Of a stretch of 64,000 bases of DNA, positions 14,978 through 29,505 are shown piece after piece. Within the stretch, counting starts at the first letter, position 1. Each line of letters starts with the position of its first letter. Under the pieces are notes generated by a model. That model saw nothing but the letters and a program-made list of their open reading frames with translations, was not told where the DNA came from and made no database searches. The DNA is from Octopus sinensis (lineage: Eukaryota), in assembly GCF_006345805.1 (NCBI RefSeq), contig NC_043005.1, positions 90,396,001 to 90,460,000 of the forward strand, written 5' to 3'. The position numbers and the translations under genes are program-made.

Positions 14978-17621
14978 AAGAATAAGTTCAAGTAGAACAA
15001 ATCAAACTTTTTGGGGAGTCCAAAAAAGAGAAAATATTTCTAATAAATATTCATCATATCAAAATGATAGCCTGCTAAAGCAAGCAATTAAAATATGATA
15101 ATAATAAGTAAAAGTCGATAATGTGGACCCTACTTATTTTACCAGTCACTATTTATTGAATGGGTAAATCTGTCAATAGTGGAAAGAGACATACCTCAAT
15201 ATCTAAATATCATCCTCATCATCATCATTTAATGTCTGCCTTCCATGCATACATAGGCAGGATGGATGACAGGAATCAGCCAGGTAGAAGGCTACTGTAT
15301 CTGTTTTGGCAGGGTTTTTATGGCTGGATGCCCTTCCTAGCACCTACCACTCCACAGAGTGGACTGAATGCATTTTACAGGTGAGGTCAGTTTTGACATG
15401 GTTTTTTTACAGTTGGATACCCTTCCGAATGCAAACCATTTTACAGTGTGGACTGGATACTTTTTACATGGCACCAGCACTGGCAGGGTTACCAAGTAAC
15501 TTGCACAACAAAGAATTTTGAGAGGGGAGGGAGCATTGGAGGAGGTGGTCTTGTGTTAGAAATTGATTTTGTTTTTACTGATTTTACTGATTTGAGCAAC
15601 AAGTACAGTGAAGAATTCCGGGTAGAGGTAGGGGTCCACCAAGGCTCAGTCCTCAGCCCCCTCCTATTTATCATAGTCCTCCAGGCAATAACGGAGGAAT
15701 TCAAGACAGGATGCCCCTGGGAGCTCCTCTATACTGATGACCTTGCTCTAATTGCTGAGTCACTATCAGAACTGGAGGAGAAGTTTCAGGTGTGGAAGCA
15801 AGGATTAGAATCGAAGGGCCTTAGAGTCAATCTAGCTAAAACCAAAGTCCCAATAAGTAGGAAGGTAGACAAATCACAAACGCCTTCAGGTAGATGGCCC
15901 TGCTCGATCTGTAGAAAAGGTGTAGGTAGAAACTCTATAAGACGCACCAAGTGCAAGCTATGGACACATAAGAGGTGCAGCAATGTCAAAGGAAGGCTAA
16001 CTAGGAAGATAGTTTTTGTATGTGGCAGATGCTCAGGAGCAATAAACACTGAAAATGCTCTGAGACCAACTTCTGCCACTTTCCAGGGAGAAAAACTAGA
16101 AATAGTTGATAACTTCCGTTACCTAGGTGACCAAGTCAGTAGCGGAGGTGGGTGTGCTGAAAGTGTAACTGCTAGAGTAAGAATAGCTTGGGCAAAGTTC
16201 AGAGAGCTCTTACCTCTGCTGGTGACAAAAGGCCTCTCGCTCAGAGTAAAAGGCAGACTGTATGACGCGTGTGTACGAACAGCCATGCTACATGGCAGTG
16301 AAACATGGGCCGTGACTGCTGAGGATATGCGTAAGCTCGCAAGAAATGAAGCCAGTATGCTCCGATGGATGTGTAATGTCAGTGTTCATACTTGACAGAG
16401 TGTAAGTACCTTGAGAGAAAAGCTGGACCTAAGAAGCATCAGTTGTGGTGTGCAAGAGTGACGTTTGCGCTGGTATGGTCATGTGGCGAGAATGGATGAA
16501 GATAGTTGTGTGCAAAAGTGCTACACCCTAGCGGTTGAGGGAACCTGTGGAAGAGGCAGACCCAGGAAAACCTGGGACGATGTGGTGAAGCACAACCTTC
16601 GAACTTTAGGTCTCACTGAGGAAATAACTAGAGACCGAAACCTCTGGAAGTATGCCGTGCGTGAGAAGACCCAGCAGGACAAGTGAGACCATAACCCGTG
16701 GCCTTCTACATGGGATGTAGCCAGTCCACTTATGCATACCTTCCCTTCTTGGGACACAAAACTCTACTTGTGAAGACCTGTTGAGGCAAGTGAGAATCAG
16801 AATCAAAATCGATCAATGGAAATTGCAGCTGAGATACCAGTGCCGGTGGCACGTAAGAGAACCATCCGAATGTGGCCGTAGCCAGCGCCGCCCCGACTGG
16901 CCTCGTACTGGTGGCACGTAAAAAGCACCATCCATTCGTGGCCATTGCCAGCCCCACCTGCCCCCCGTGCCGGTTGCACATAAAAAGCACCATCCGATCG
17001 TGGCCGTTTGCCAGACTTGTCTGGCACCTGTGCCAGTGGCACGTAAAAAGCACCCACTACACTCATGGAGTGGTTGGCGTTAGGAAGGGCATCCAGCTGT
17101 AGAAACATTGCCAGATCAGACTGGGCCTGGTGCAGCCTTCTGGCTTCCCAGACTCCAGTTAAACTGTCCAACCCATGCTAGCATGGAAAGCGGATGCTAA
17201 ACGATGATGATGATGATGATGATGATATTGTCATATCAATGTATTTGATCTTCATATTTAGACTTGATGTGAACGCAACCTAATTACACACACATACACA
17301 TATGCATTATATATATACGTAACTAAATAGGGTTAAGCAACAAGTTGCTTAGCCACATACCGAAAATTTAGAAATAGCAGTCAAAGACCGCTTATTCCTA
17401 TTTTCTACAAATATAGCTCCACATATAACATATACCTGTAACATATGCAAAAAGAAGGAAAAATAACAAAAACAAACAGTCTTCGGTTAGTTGTGGATGC
17501 ATTTCTGGGTTAGAATTATAAAGAACTCATTCCCATCTTCAGCACAACTTTCCATTAAGTTATAGATTTGCAAATGCTATATATATATACACACATTTAC
17601 GTATATGTACATGTATGTATG

Positions 17622-17658
<37 letters not shown>

Positions 17659-20600
17659 GTATATATATGTATACATATATATGCGTGTGTGTCTGTGTGT
17701 ACATACAGGTGTGGCTGTATGGTAAGATGTTTGCTTCACATTCACATAGTTCAGGGTTCAGTCCCACTGCTTGGCACATTAGGCAAGTGTCTTCTACCAT
17801 AGCCTTGGGCCAATCAAAGATGTGTGAGTGGATTTGGTAGATAGAAACTGATAAAATAAGTACCTGACTTAAAAATAAAAGTACTGGGATCAATGCATTC
17901 AACTGAAATTTTTCATGGTGATGCCCCAGCATGGCCACAGCCAAATAGCTGAAATAGGTAAAATGTGAAATACATGTGTGTACAGAAGTTAATATGTATA
18001 GGATGTCTTCTTCACAGTTTCTTCTGAGCAAATTTAACCTCCCAGAGACTGTAGTTGATGGTACATATTCATGGTGCCCTATAGTGGGATGGAACATGGA
18101 ACCATGTGATTGCAAATCAAACTTCTTAACCGCTTGGCCATGGCAGGGTAAAAAAGCAAAAGTTTATTTCATATCTCGTTGAAAGAAATAATATTCTTTG
18201 GTATTTATTTATTTATTTACTTTTACCTGCAGGATGGTCAGAAGATTATTGTCGGTGTTCTTGGGAGAGATAAATATCCAGGTAAGAGTCTTTCTTCTTC
18301 AGACAATATAAACCACTTCCATTTTCAGTTTAAATTAAAGGCTTCTATTAGCAACAGGAATTTTAGTTAATTAATGAAAATAAAAAACAAAAAAAATTGG
18401 ATGGAAAATACCAAAAAGGCACCAGTGGGGCTGTGTGGTAAGAAGTTTGCTTCCAATCCACATGGTTCTGGGTTCTGTCCCATTGTTTGGTACCTTGAGA
18501 AAGTGTCTTCTGCTATAACCACAGGCCAATCAAAACCTTGTGAGTAGATTCAACAAATGGAAACTGAAAGAAGCCTGTTGTGTATAGCTATACCCCGTTC
18601 AAAATTTGCATTAGTTTTTGTATGAAACAAAACAAAAAAAAATAATAAAAGGAAGGGATTGGGGGGTGCTTGTTTGTAGTTTGTAGAGGAAATGTTAAAC
18701 ATGGCTGGAATGAAAACCTGAACATCTAAAAGACTTTGCCTCTGGTCATTGCTAAATCTCTATCCCTCTTCATTGTTAAAACTGAAGAAGCTAGAAAAGA
18801 CCGATCGTATTTCAGTCTAATTGTCATTTTAAATGACTGAGGCTTTCCTTTCTCTGTCTCTATCGCTCCACTTCTTTTCTCAATGATTAAGAGAGTAAAG
18901 GTGCGTAGCTCAGTGGTTAGGGGTATTCCGGCCATGATCATAAAGTCATGAGCACGATTCCCAGTGGCACGCTGTGTTCTTGAGCAAGACACTCTACTTC
19001 ACTTTGCTGCAATCCACTCAACTGACGAAAATGAGTTGTAGATGTAATTCAAAGGAGCCAGCCTTGTCACATTCTGTGTGAAGCTGAATCTCCTTGAGAA
19101 CTACGTTAATGGTATGCATGTCTGCGAGCTGGAAGAAATGTTAGCACGCCGGGCGAAATGCTTAGCAGTATTTCATCTGTCATTACGTTCCGAGTTCAAA
19201 TTCCGCCGAGATCGACTTTGGCTTTCATCCTTTCGGGGTTGATAAATTAAGTACCAGTTACGTACTGGGGTCGATATAATCGACTTAATCCGTTCATCTG
19301 TCCTTGTTTGACCTCTCTGTGTTTAGCCCCTTGTGGGTAGTAAAGAAATAGGTATACATGTCTGTGGATTACTCAGCCACTTGCGAGTTAATTTTACAAG
19401 CAGACTGTTCCCTCGATCAGGTAAACAGGAACCTCATCGTCATAACCAATGGAGAGCCATTCTTTAAAAAGAGTGAAAGAAAAGGAAATGTTTCATATTG
19501 TAAGGCAAAAATGTCAAGTGTTCAGTATAAGCAGTGAAAGCCAAGACGAAATAATTGCTATTCTGTCGTGTATTCACCCTCGACTCATGCTCAGTTTCAT
19601 AACAACAGCCTGTGCATTGGTGTTTATCTGGGGACTTGGCTTCCATATCTGTGAGACCCACAAATTCCACTGTTAGGACCTGATTAACACCCATAGTGAT
19701 CCTAACAACTAAAAAGATTTTCCTGCCCCATCGATCAACATCAATGGAATTTGTAGTTTGTGGCACATAAGAGAACCATACGAATGTCTCCATAGCCAGC
19801 ACCGCATCAACTGGCCCCCGTGCTGGTGGCACGTAAAAAGCACCATCCGATCGTGGCCGTGCCAGCCTCGCCTGGCCTCCATGCCGGTGGCACGTAAAAA
19901 GCACCATCTGAGCGTGGCTGTTCGCCAGCCTCGTCTGGCACCTGTGTCGGTGGCACATAAAAAGCACCCACTACACTCACGGAGTGGTTGGCATTAAGAG
20001 GGGCATCCAGCTGTAGAAACACCGCCAGATCTGACTGGCCTGGTGCAGCCTTCGGGCTTCACAGACCCCAGTTGAACCGTCCAACCCATGCTAGCATGGA
20101 AAGCGGACGTTAAACGTTGATGATGATGATGATGATGATGTTGTATAGGATCTTTTTTCATTTTCTTCCAACTGCTTGAAGGTTTACCTTGCTCCAATCC
20201 ACTCAGCTGGCCAAAATGAGTTGTAGCTTTAATTCAAAGGGACCAGCTTTGTCACATTCTGTGTGAGGCTAAATGCCCCTGAGAACTTTGTTAATGGTAT
20301 GCATGTCTGTGGAGTACTCAGCCACTTGCACGTTAATTTTATCCTTGTGTGGTAATGAAAAGTGAAAGTGACATCCTGTATTTGCTGTAGTTATTTGTCT
20401 TTGATTGTCTTTGTACTTATGTACTTTTGTTTGGATCTGTGTATCTACTTTTCTTTCAATGTATGTATCAGTGTACTCTGAAAATACTGATAAATATTTA
20501 AAAACTCAATATTTAAAAGCAAAAAAAGGAGAGCCACCTTCCTTTCAGTCACTACTCACTGTCTCTCTCACTTTTTCCCTTTCTCTCCCACTTCCTTTCT

Positions 20601-21317
20601 GTCCATCTCTCTCGCTTTTAATTTAACAACGTGTGTATGTATCTATGTATCTACTTTTCTTTCGATCTATGCATCAGACTACTCTGAAAATACTGATAAA
20701 CATTTAAAACCCCAAAAAGGAATACCACTCACTACTCGCTCACTCTCTGTCTTTCTCTCTCACTTCCTCTCTGCCCCTCCCCACACTCCCACTTTGCCAC
20801 TCACTTCAACTATACCTCCTCTGCTTAAGACCTTTTATTTCTCTTTTTCTTTGTACCTCGCCCTTCAACCTTTTTAGCTCTTCCTTTGGAGTAAGTGTGA
20901 CACACACCACAGGTACATACATATCAGAGATGCTGCAACTCATTTTTATAACAGAGGGAATTGGAGCAATGTGAAATAAAGTTTCTTGCTCAAGAACACA
21001 ACACACAGCCTGGTCTGGGAATTGAGCTCACTACCTCATGATTGGGAGACTGATGCTCTAACCACTGAGCCATGCACCTTCATGCATACACACACACATA
21101 CACACACACACACATATATATTCTTTTATTCTTTTATTTGTTTTAGTCATTTCACAGCAGCCATGCTGGAGCACTGCCTTTAGTCGAAGAAATCAACTAC
21201 AGGACTTATTCTTTGTAAGACTAGTACTTACTCTATCGGTCTCTTTTGCTGAACTGCTAAGTTACAGAGAGGTAAATACACCAACATCGGTTGTCAAGTG
21301 ATGGTGGGGGGACAAAC

Positions 21318-21372
<55 letters not shown>

Positions 21373-21738
21373 TATACAACAGGCTTCTTTCAGTTTCTAT
21401 CTATCAAATCCACTCACAAAGCTTTGGTTGGTCTGAGGCAATAGTAGAAGACACTTGCCCAAGGTGCTATGCAGTGAGACTGAACCAGTGTTGGTTTGTT
21501 TATGTCCTCAGAGCTGAGCAGTTTCACATAAGTGACCAATTAGAATAAGTACAAGGCTTAAAAAAATAAGATGAAATAGGTGCAGGAGTGGCTGTGTGGT
21601 AAGAAGCTTGCTTCACAACTACATGGTTCCAGGTTCAGTCCCACTGCATGGCACCTTGGGCAAGTGTCTTCTACTATAGCCTTGGGCCAACCAAAGCCTT
21701 GTGAATGGATTTGTTAGATGGAAACTGAAAGACGCCTG

Positions 21739-21781
<43 letters not shown>

Positions 21782-24700
21782 TAGATAGATAGATATAGAT
21801 ATGTAGATATATGTATGTGTGTCTGTGTTTGTCCCCCCACCATTGCTTGACAACTGATGTTAGTGTGTTTACATCACCGTAACTTAGTGGTTCGGCAAAA
21901 GAGACTCGTTGAATAAGTACTATGCTTACAAAGAATAAGTCCTGGGGTCGATTTGTTTTGACTAAAAGGCGGTGCTCCAGCATGGTCGCAGTCAAATGAC
22001 TGAAACAGGTAAAAGATAAAAGATAATAAACAGCAATATTTTCTTTTTTATATATATATATTTTATTTACTATATTTGATGGTGTGAAAGATTCGCTTTT
22101 TTCCAAATAAAAATACCTCAGAAAAATCACCCCTGGTCCTATATGCAAAGCAGAGCTTAGATTGCTTTAAGTATTCATGTTATAATACACTAAAGCATTT
22201 TTTCTTGAATATATGCTGCTGAAATGGGGATGCTGTAATATGCCCATGTGTCTTTTATGCAGCCAAATATGGTATTTTTCAATTCTTTTTGCATGAAATT
22301 TCAAATTAATAAACCAGCTGTTGTAATTCTAAAATCTAGGAGAGTACAAAAATCTGAAATGGATATTAAGATGTTGAATGGAAATTTTGTTAGAAATTCA
22401 AATATTGAATAATATTCCTTCAGTATTTCAAATAAACTGGTGCAAGCATGGCTGTGCAGTTAAGTTTCCTTCCCAACCATGTGGTTTTGAGTTCAGTCCC
22501 AGTTCACAGGTTGGTCAAAGCCTTGCGAGTGAATTTGGTAGGCAGAAACTGAAAGGCAGCAAGATGGCAGATACATTAGCAAGCCAGGTGAAATGCTTAG
22601 CAGTATTTCGTCCAACTTTTTGTTCTGAGTTCAAATTCTGCCAAAGTTGACTTTGCCTTTCATCCTTTCAGAGTCAATTAAATAAGTAGCAATTACGCAC
22701 TGGGGTCAATATAATCAACTTAATCTGTTTGTCTGTCCTTGTTTGTCTCCTTGGTATGTAACCCCTTGTAGGCAGTAAAGAAATAAGAAACTGAAAGAAG
22801 CCTGTTGTGTGTATGTATATATATTTATGTGTGTGTGTCCTTGTCTTGACATCATATACTGCTTGTAAAGTGTTGTTCATTCCCAATTTTCCATGAAGAA
22901 AAGCCTGACCATTAGAAAATATTGCTAGAAAACAGGTGAGGATTGTTTCAAGACAGGCATCTAACCAAGAAATCTGCCTCAACAAGTTTCATCCAACCCA
23001 TGCAAGAATGGAAGAGGGATGTTAAAATGATGCTGGTTGTAATGCCATGCCACTGGTGTCACTACTGTTTTACTCTCTATGCTTACGTGGATCGGATGAA
23101 ATTCATTGATGCAGATTTTCTATGGCTGGATGCTCCTTGCTATCACCAACACTTACTTGTTCCCAGGTAAGGTAATATTTCTATCATAAGCAGACACGTT
23201 TTTCATAGAAAACTGGAAACAAAGAACTCCATTTGTATGATGGTGATATCTGTTTACAGGTATTACACGATGTCAAAACAAGGCATCACTTTCAGCCAAG
23301 TTTGACTTTGCCTTTCATCCGTTTGGAGTCGATAAATTAAGTATCAGTTTCATACTGAGGTTGATCTAATCGACTGGCCCCCTCCCCAAAAATTTCAGGC
23401 CTTGTACCTAGAGTAGAAAAGAATGTCTGCTCACATCTTCTCAATCAGTCGTTGCAAAATTTTGGGCCTTGTGCCTAGAGTAGAAAAGACAAGGCGTCAC
23501 AAACATGCATGTACAGACACTTACACATACATATGTATGTGTGTTGTGTGTGTGTGTGTGTGTGTGTGTGCATGTGTGTCTGTACATCCTTGTGTGTTAT
23601 GTGTGTGTGTGATTATTTGTGTTATGTACACACACACACACACACAAAATCAGCTTCTTTCAGTTTTCATCTACAAAATCCATTCAGAAGGCTTTTCTTG
23701 GCCCAGGGCTTTAGTAAGAGATACTTGCCCAAGGTGCCATGCAGTGGAACAGAACCTAAAATCAACTGCAGAATGACCTTCTTAAACAGGCAGCACTGCC
23801 TGCATCCAACCACATAACCTCTGACTGCATCAATAGAAGACGGGGGCCAAACATGAAACCTGTATGGTACTAAGTTCAGAGTAATTTGGCTGTTTATACA
23901 TCTAGGATCATTTCCTTTACCCTCAGTCAGTTTTCCTTACTAAATTTTGATGAGATATCTCAGTTGGTAATTCCTTAGAATGGTAATCAGTTCCAAGTCT
24001 TTTCTGGGTCAAAATCATCATTAATAGAATAACATCCCCGATTAAGCTAACCTAATCTTGGAATAAATATGTCAGATTTGGTTCAATTATAGAAATTGAT
24101 GAAGTCTGACCTATAAACATTATATTGACCTATAAATATATTCTTAGATGAGGTGGGGGATTTAAGAAAGATTTGTATCTGCCCTACTTTAAACGAATAA
24201 TTTTTGTAAAATTGGTGCAGACATGGAGAAGTTTGTCTCCCAATCCCTTAGTCTCAGGCTCATTCCCACTGCATGGCACTTTTCGTGATGTCATCATCAT
24301 CATCATCATCATTTAACGTTTGCTTTCCATGCTAGCATGGGTTGGACGATTTGACTGAGGTCTGGCGAACCAGACTCCAATCTGATCTGGCAGAGTTTCT
24401 ACAGCTGGATGCCCTTCCTAACGCCAACCACTCTGAGAGTGTAGTGGGAGCTTTTATGTGCCACCGGCACGAGGGCTAGTTTGGTGGTACTGGCAACGAC
24501 CACGCCCACTTGTAAATGAGTGCCACTCTCATGCAAGCAGTGTTCCTCCTTTCCTTCATTTCCAATATTCTACATGAACAACATCTGGCCATGGAGAAAT
24601 ATTGCCTTGCTTAGAAACAAGTGAGGTTTGGTGACAGGATGGGCATCTGATGAAAAAAAATCTAATTGTAAGTAGTGGTGGTGGTGGTGCTGCTGCTGCT

Positions 24701-25778
24701 GCTGTATTTGATGTTGTTGTTGTTGTTGAGCTGTCAGAATCATTACTACTTCAGGCAAAATGCTTACCAACATTTCGTCCATTTTTACATTCTGAGTTCA
24801 AATTCCTCTAAGGTTGTCTTTATCTTTCATCCTGTCAGGGTCAGTAGAATAAGTACCAGCCAAGTACAAGGGTTGATGTAATCGACTTTTCCCTCCCCTC
24901 AAATACTGCTGGACTCATGCCAAAGTACGTCAGAGAATACTGTGACTTCTGTGGGTCAAATTATTAAAGAAAATCTATGGATATCCGTTTGTTCAGCAGC
25001 AGAACGTAGGCAGAGCCTCTCAAAGACATCTAAGCATAACATATTGTTATTTGCAGATTTTACATGATTCACTAAGATGACTATTGCTACACTGTCTTCT
25101 GTATTCATTGATCCTAAAAATCTGCAAAAAAGAAATATATAATTTGAGCTGCTTTTATTAAAACTGTAACTGACTTTACGTCCACCCTGTACGCTGTAAA
25201 ATTCTATGTAACTAGCAAAGGAATTCTTGTCTTATTTTAATTTTACTTTTTGTTGTTGCTGATATTTAGTTTGTGCTGAAGGCAGGAATATGAATGCATT
25301 CCTCTATCAAGATATGGCCTTCCTTGAAATTAAAGATTACTTTAGGTTACAAAATATCTTTGTTTTTCTTTCTTTGACAAATTAGTTAAACTGAGAAATC
25401 TTTGATAAGCTCTCTCTCTCTCTTCTTTCACTTATGGCTATATGTCTATTTTAACATTTATGTATCTGTGTTCCCAATTACATAACGAGAGATTGATGTT
25501 ATTTTAAATAACAACAACAATAATAATGGTTTTTAATTTTGGCACAAAGCCTGAGCAATAATAAAGGCCAGCGATTTTAGGGGAGAGGGTAAGTCGATTA
25601 CATTAACGTCAGTGCTTAATTAGTACTATATTCTTTTGACCCTAAAAGGATGAGAGGCAAAGTTGACCTCTACGGGATTTGAGCTCAGAACATAAAGAGG
25701 CGGAAGAAATGCTGTTCAGCATTTTTTCTAATGTACCAACAATTCTGCCATCTCATTGCCTTAATAATAATAATAATC

Positions 25779-25811
<33 letters not shown>

Positions 25812-27796
25812 TATAATAATGATAATAAACGCCCTGATGCAGTACCAGGCAGTGGCTCTCATGGCTTCTTATCTTAACTGATTGGAAGTGTTATCATGTA
25901 CATTGTTTTGTCTTGGTATAAAAGATGGGCTACAGCAAATATTCTGCTCAATACCACAGATTTGCTTGTCAGCTGTTTGACCGTAACCAGTTGAGCATGT
26001 CCCTTAGTGGCTGATGATATGTGCATCTCTGATCACGAGCAGATGTAGTGGGGGAGCATCATAGCCATGTGTTGAGAGGGATTCTTTGGGGTTAGTTAAG
26101 TTAAGTTAAGTTAATTTTTTGGCTCAAAAAGCAAAAAGCAAGGCCATGTAGGGGGACATGGAGTTATGTACAGGGTGGTGTTCAGGCCATTTGTGGTCAA
26201 GGGAGACTTTGAACCGAGTGGTCGTCGGCATCTTCACTCTCTTGTCCGGCAGCTTATTCCATGGATCCACAACCCAGACGGAGAAAGCCCCTCTCCTTTG
26301 ATTGAGATGAAATCGTCGCAGATAGAGCTTTTCGGAGTGACCCCGCAGCCGACGTTCTGGAGCAGGAGTGAAGAACAGCTCTTTCGAGAGGTTACACTTT
26401 CCGCTTATGATGTTGTGAGCAAGAATGAGATCACCACGGCGTCGTCGTTTTTCTAGAGAATAAAGGTCGAGTGTCTTCAGCCTTTCTTCATAAGACAAAT
26501 GCTTGAGACCAAGAACCATGTGGGTAGCCAGCTTCTGGACCATTTCGAGATGATGTATGACTTTGAGGAGATAGGGAGAAGAGGCTTGAATCCCTTACTC
26601 CAATATGGGTCTCACCAGCGTGACATAGAGCGGTAGGAATATGGCTGCTGTGAGCGTTCCGAATGACCGTCGAATCAAAAACAGAACTCCGCATGCTTTG
26701 TTGGCAGCATGGACGCACTGTGCCAAAGGTGAAAAGGAAGTATCCACCAAGATACCCAGGTCCTTTACCTGGTCGGTCCTCTCCAGCAGCAGACGACCTA
26801 GCTCGAAATCAAGTTGAGTTGCAGGAGAAGAGCCAACAGGCAGATGACAGCACTTTGACACGTTCAGACACAGGTCCCATTCGTTAGACCATCTCCAAAC
26901 TTGGTGGAGGTATCAACAAAGATCCTCTATATCACCGCGAGGAGCGACCAGTTTGACATCATCGGCAAATAGAAGGGTGTGTTGCGTGAGGTCGTCGGGC
27001 AGGTCATTTATGAAGACTAAGAACAATAAGGGCCCAAGCACTGAACCTTGAGGCACACCACTGCTCGCACTGGAGACGTCGGACAGCGAACCATTAACTT
27101 GAACTTGGAAGGAGCGATCTGAGAGGAAGGCACCAACCCATCGTACAATATCCGGATGGAAACTATATGCTTTAAGCTTGACAAGTAATAGGCGGTGGTT
27201 TACCGAGTCAAAAGCTTTGGCAAAGTCCAATAAAACGATGTCAACAGCATCACCATCATCGAGGATATGCGTCACCAATTCTTCCATTACCAGTAAGTTG
27301 GTCAAGCATGATCTCTTCGGCACGAAGCCGTGTTGGGAATCAGAGATAGAGGCTGTGTTTTGGAGGTGGAGCAACATACTTTTCTTGAGGATGGTTTCGA
27401 ACATCTTGCTGATTATTGAAGTAAGGGAAACCGGTCGGTAGTTAAGCGAGACTTCACGGCTCCCTTTCTTGAAAATTGGGCAGATTATCGCTGTTCTCCA
27501 GTCCGTGAATAATTCATCTCTGGAAACATGGATGTTTTGTTCAAAATCCTTAAACAACCCTTATTCAGGGACCTTTTGAGTGGGATAGGCTACTCGACCA
27601 GAAGAAAATTCTAACTGGGCCCCACCTGCAAGGTCATGTGCTGTTTATCTTGATATGAGATCACCATGTTGTGCTCATATGGTTGTGATGCATGTGCCTG
27701 GTGTACCCTTATCAGATGGGTAGTCATAATGGGTATATTGGACTTTGTATATTTTACCCCTGTGTCACTTTGATAGCATGCACTGCTCTCTCACTC

Positions 27797-27846
<50 letters not shown>

Positions 27847-29449
27847 AATACATAGCACAAATAGGGGCTTCAATAAGAGTGGAGCATTTGCAGAAAACAG
27901 CACTGCTTGGAACCACTCAAATACTCCGGATGGTGCTCGAAAAATAAGAGGTGTTACCTTAGTTCACTGGTAGTGAACAGCTGACACTGTAGTACATCTC
28001 CAGCATTAGAAGCTGTGCAAAGGCAATAAATAATAATAATAATAATAATCCTTTGTACTATAGGCACAAGGCCTGAAATTTGGGGGAGCGAGATAGTCAA
28101 TTACTTTGACCCCAGTACTCCAATGGTACTTATTCTATTGACCCCCCAAGAGAATGAAAAGCAAAGTTGACTTCATCAGAGTTTGAACTCAGACCATAAA
28201 GAGAGATGAAATGCTGCTAAGCATTTTGCCTGGTGTGCTATCAATTCTACCAGCTTGTCAGCTTAATAATAATAATAAGAAGAAGAAGAAGAGAAGAAGA
28301 AGAAGAAGAAACATCTTGAAAACATCCCAGGAGGCCCATGTCCCAGAAAGATCCAAAAGATTATGCTGACAAGTATTGCCCACATCCTTAGAAAAACCCC
28401 ATCAGTTTAAATGTTTGTGTTGTATTAGATGAAAATATTTCACTACTGCCCTTGCCACTTCCCCTCCCCAAGCTTTTGGTCATACTGTAACATCTCTTAT
28501 CCTTCATTTGGGTGCTAGGCATGTCTTGGCAAGTGATTGTAATAAACATGCAGATTAAAAGTAAACAACAACAACAATAATAATAATAATGTTGTTTTTT
28601 TTCTTTATTACTTACTGAGCAACTTAATCCTTCCTTCCATCAGCTCCATACAACACTTTTGGATGGCATGGACCTCTCTCTCTATATATATGTCAAACAG
28701 TAGGCCTACTGACTTTCATTGGTTGATTTTTGCTCCTGTTACTGTCTCATAGTTCCTTATAGCCAAGCCAATTATCACAGTGTCCTTGGTCTCCATCCAC
28801 TTTGTGACCCCATTAATCTTCTCACCACTGCTGAATGGACTCAAAGAGAAACAATTGTTGCGAAATGAAACAAAAGCAAATGAACAACATATTGTTTAAG
28901 TTAATTAGATGCCAAACAATGTAATTAGAAATTGTATTATTATTACTGATTAGATTTAAAATAAAAGAATTTTTAAACAGTCAATATATATTCTTAAATG
29001 AATCATACAGCCACATGCACTGTTTAAACAGAAACTAAAATTTAATACTGTAGTCTATCTACGGTATCTTATTTTATTTTTTGATGCCTGCATATCTCAT
29101 CTTGTTTAAATGTAAATGCATACGGCCATTTTTCTGTTCATAGCTATTAGGTTAACCAACAATTAGTTAAATGTAAGACAAATGATAGATGGGTCTGTGT
29201 GTGGGATATTTCTTTTATTTATTCTGTAGAGATTTTTACGCCAATGTAAAATATATGTTCATACATTTGTATAACACATGTTATTTCTTGTTTATCAGAT
29301 TTCTTTTTTCTTTACCATGTTACAAGGTTGTTGCCTGTTTTGCTCATACAGCAAATAATGAAGAAATAAAACAGTTATTTGTTTATGAATTCGGTCACTG
29401 TCTTACTTTTCCATCCAGAGGGCTGCGGCCATACTGGGGCAGTGACAGT

Positions 29450-29505
<56 letters not shown>

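Noticed and set aside
15448-16395. 315-aa ORF as a functional gene
   Set aside because: The first 50 or so codons are unrelated flank; the RT is 5'-truncated with TGA stops.
26913-27557. ATG-initiated 214-aa RT ORF as a gene
   Set aside because: The first 17 codons come from the host family-D repeat; the rest is a truncated CR1 fragment with downstream frameshifts.
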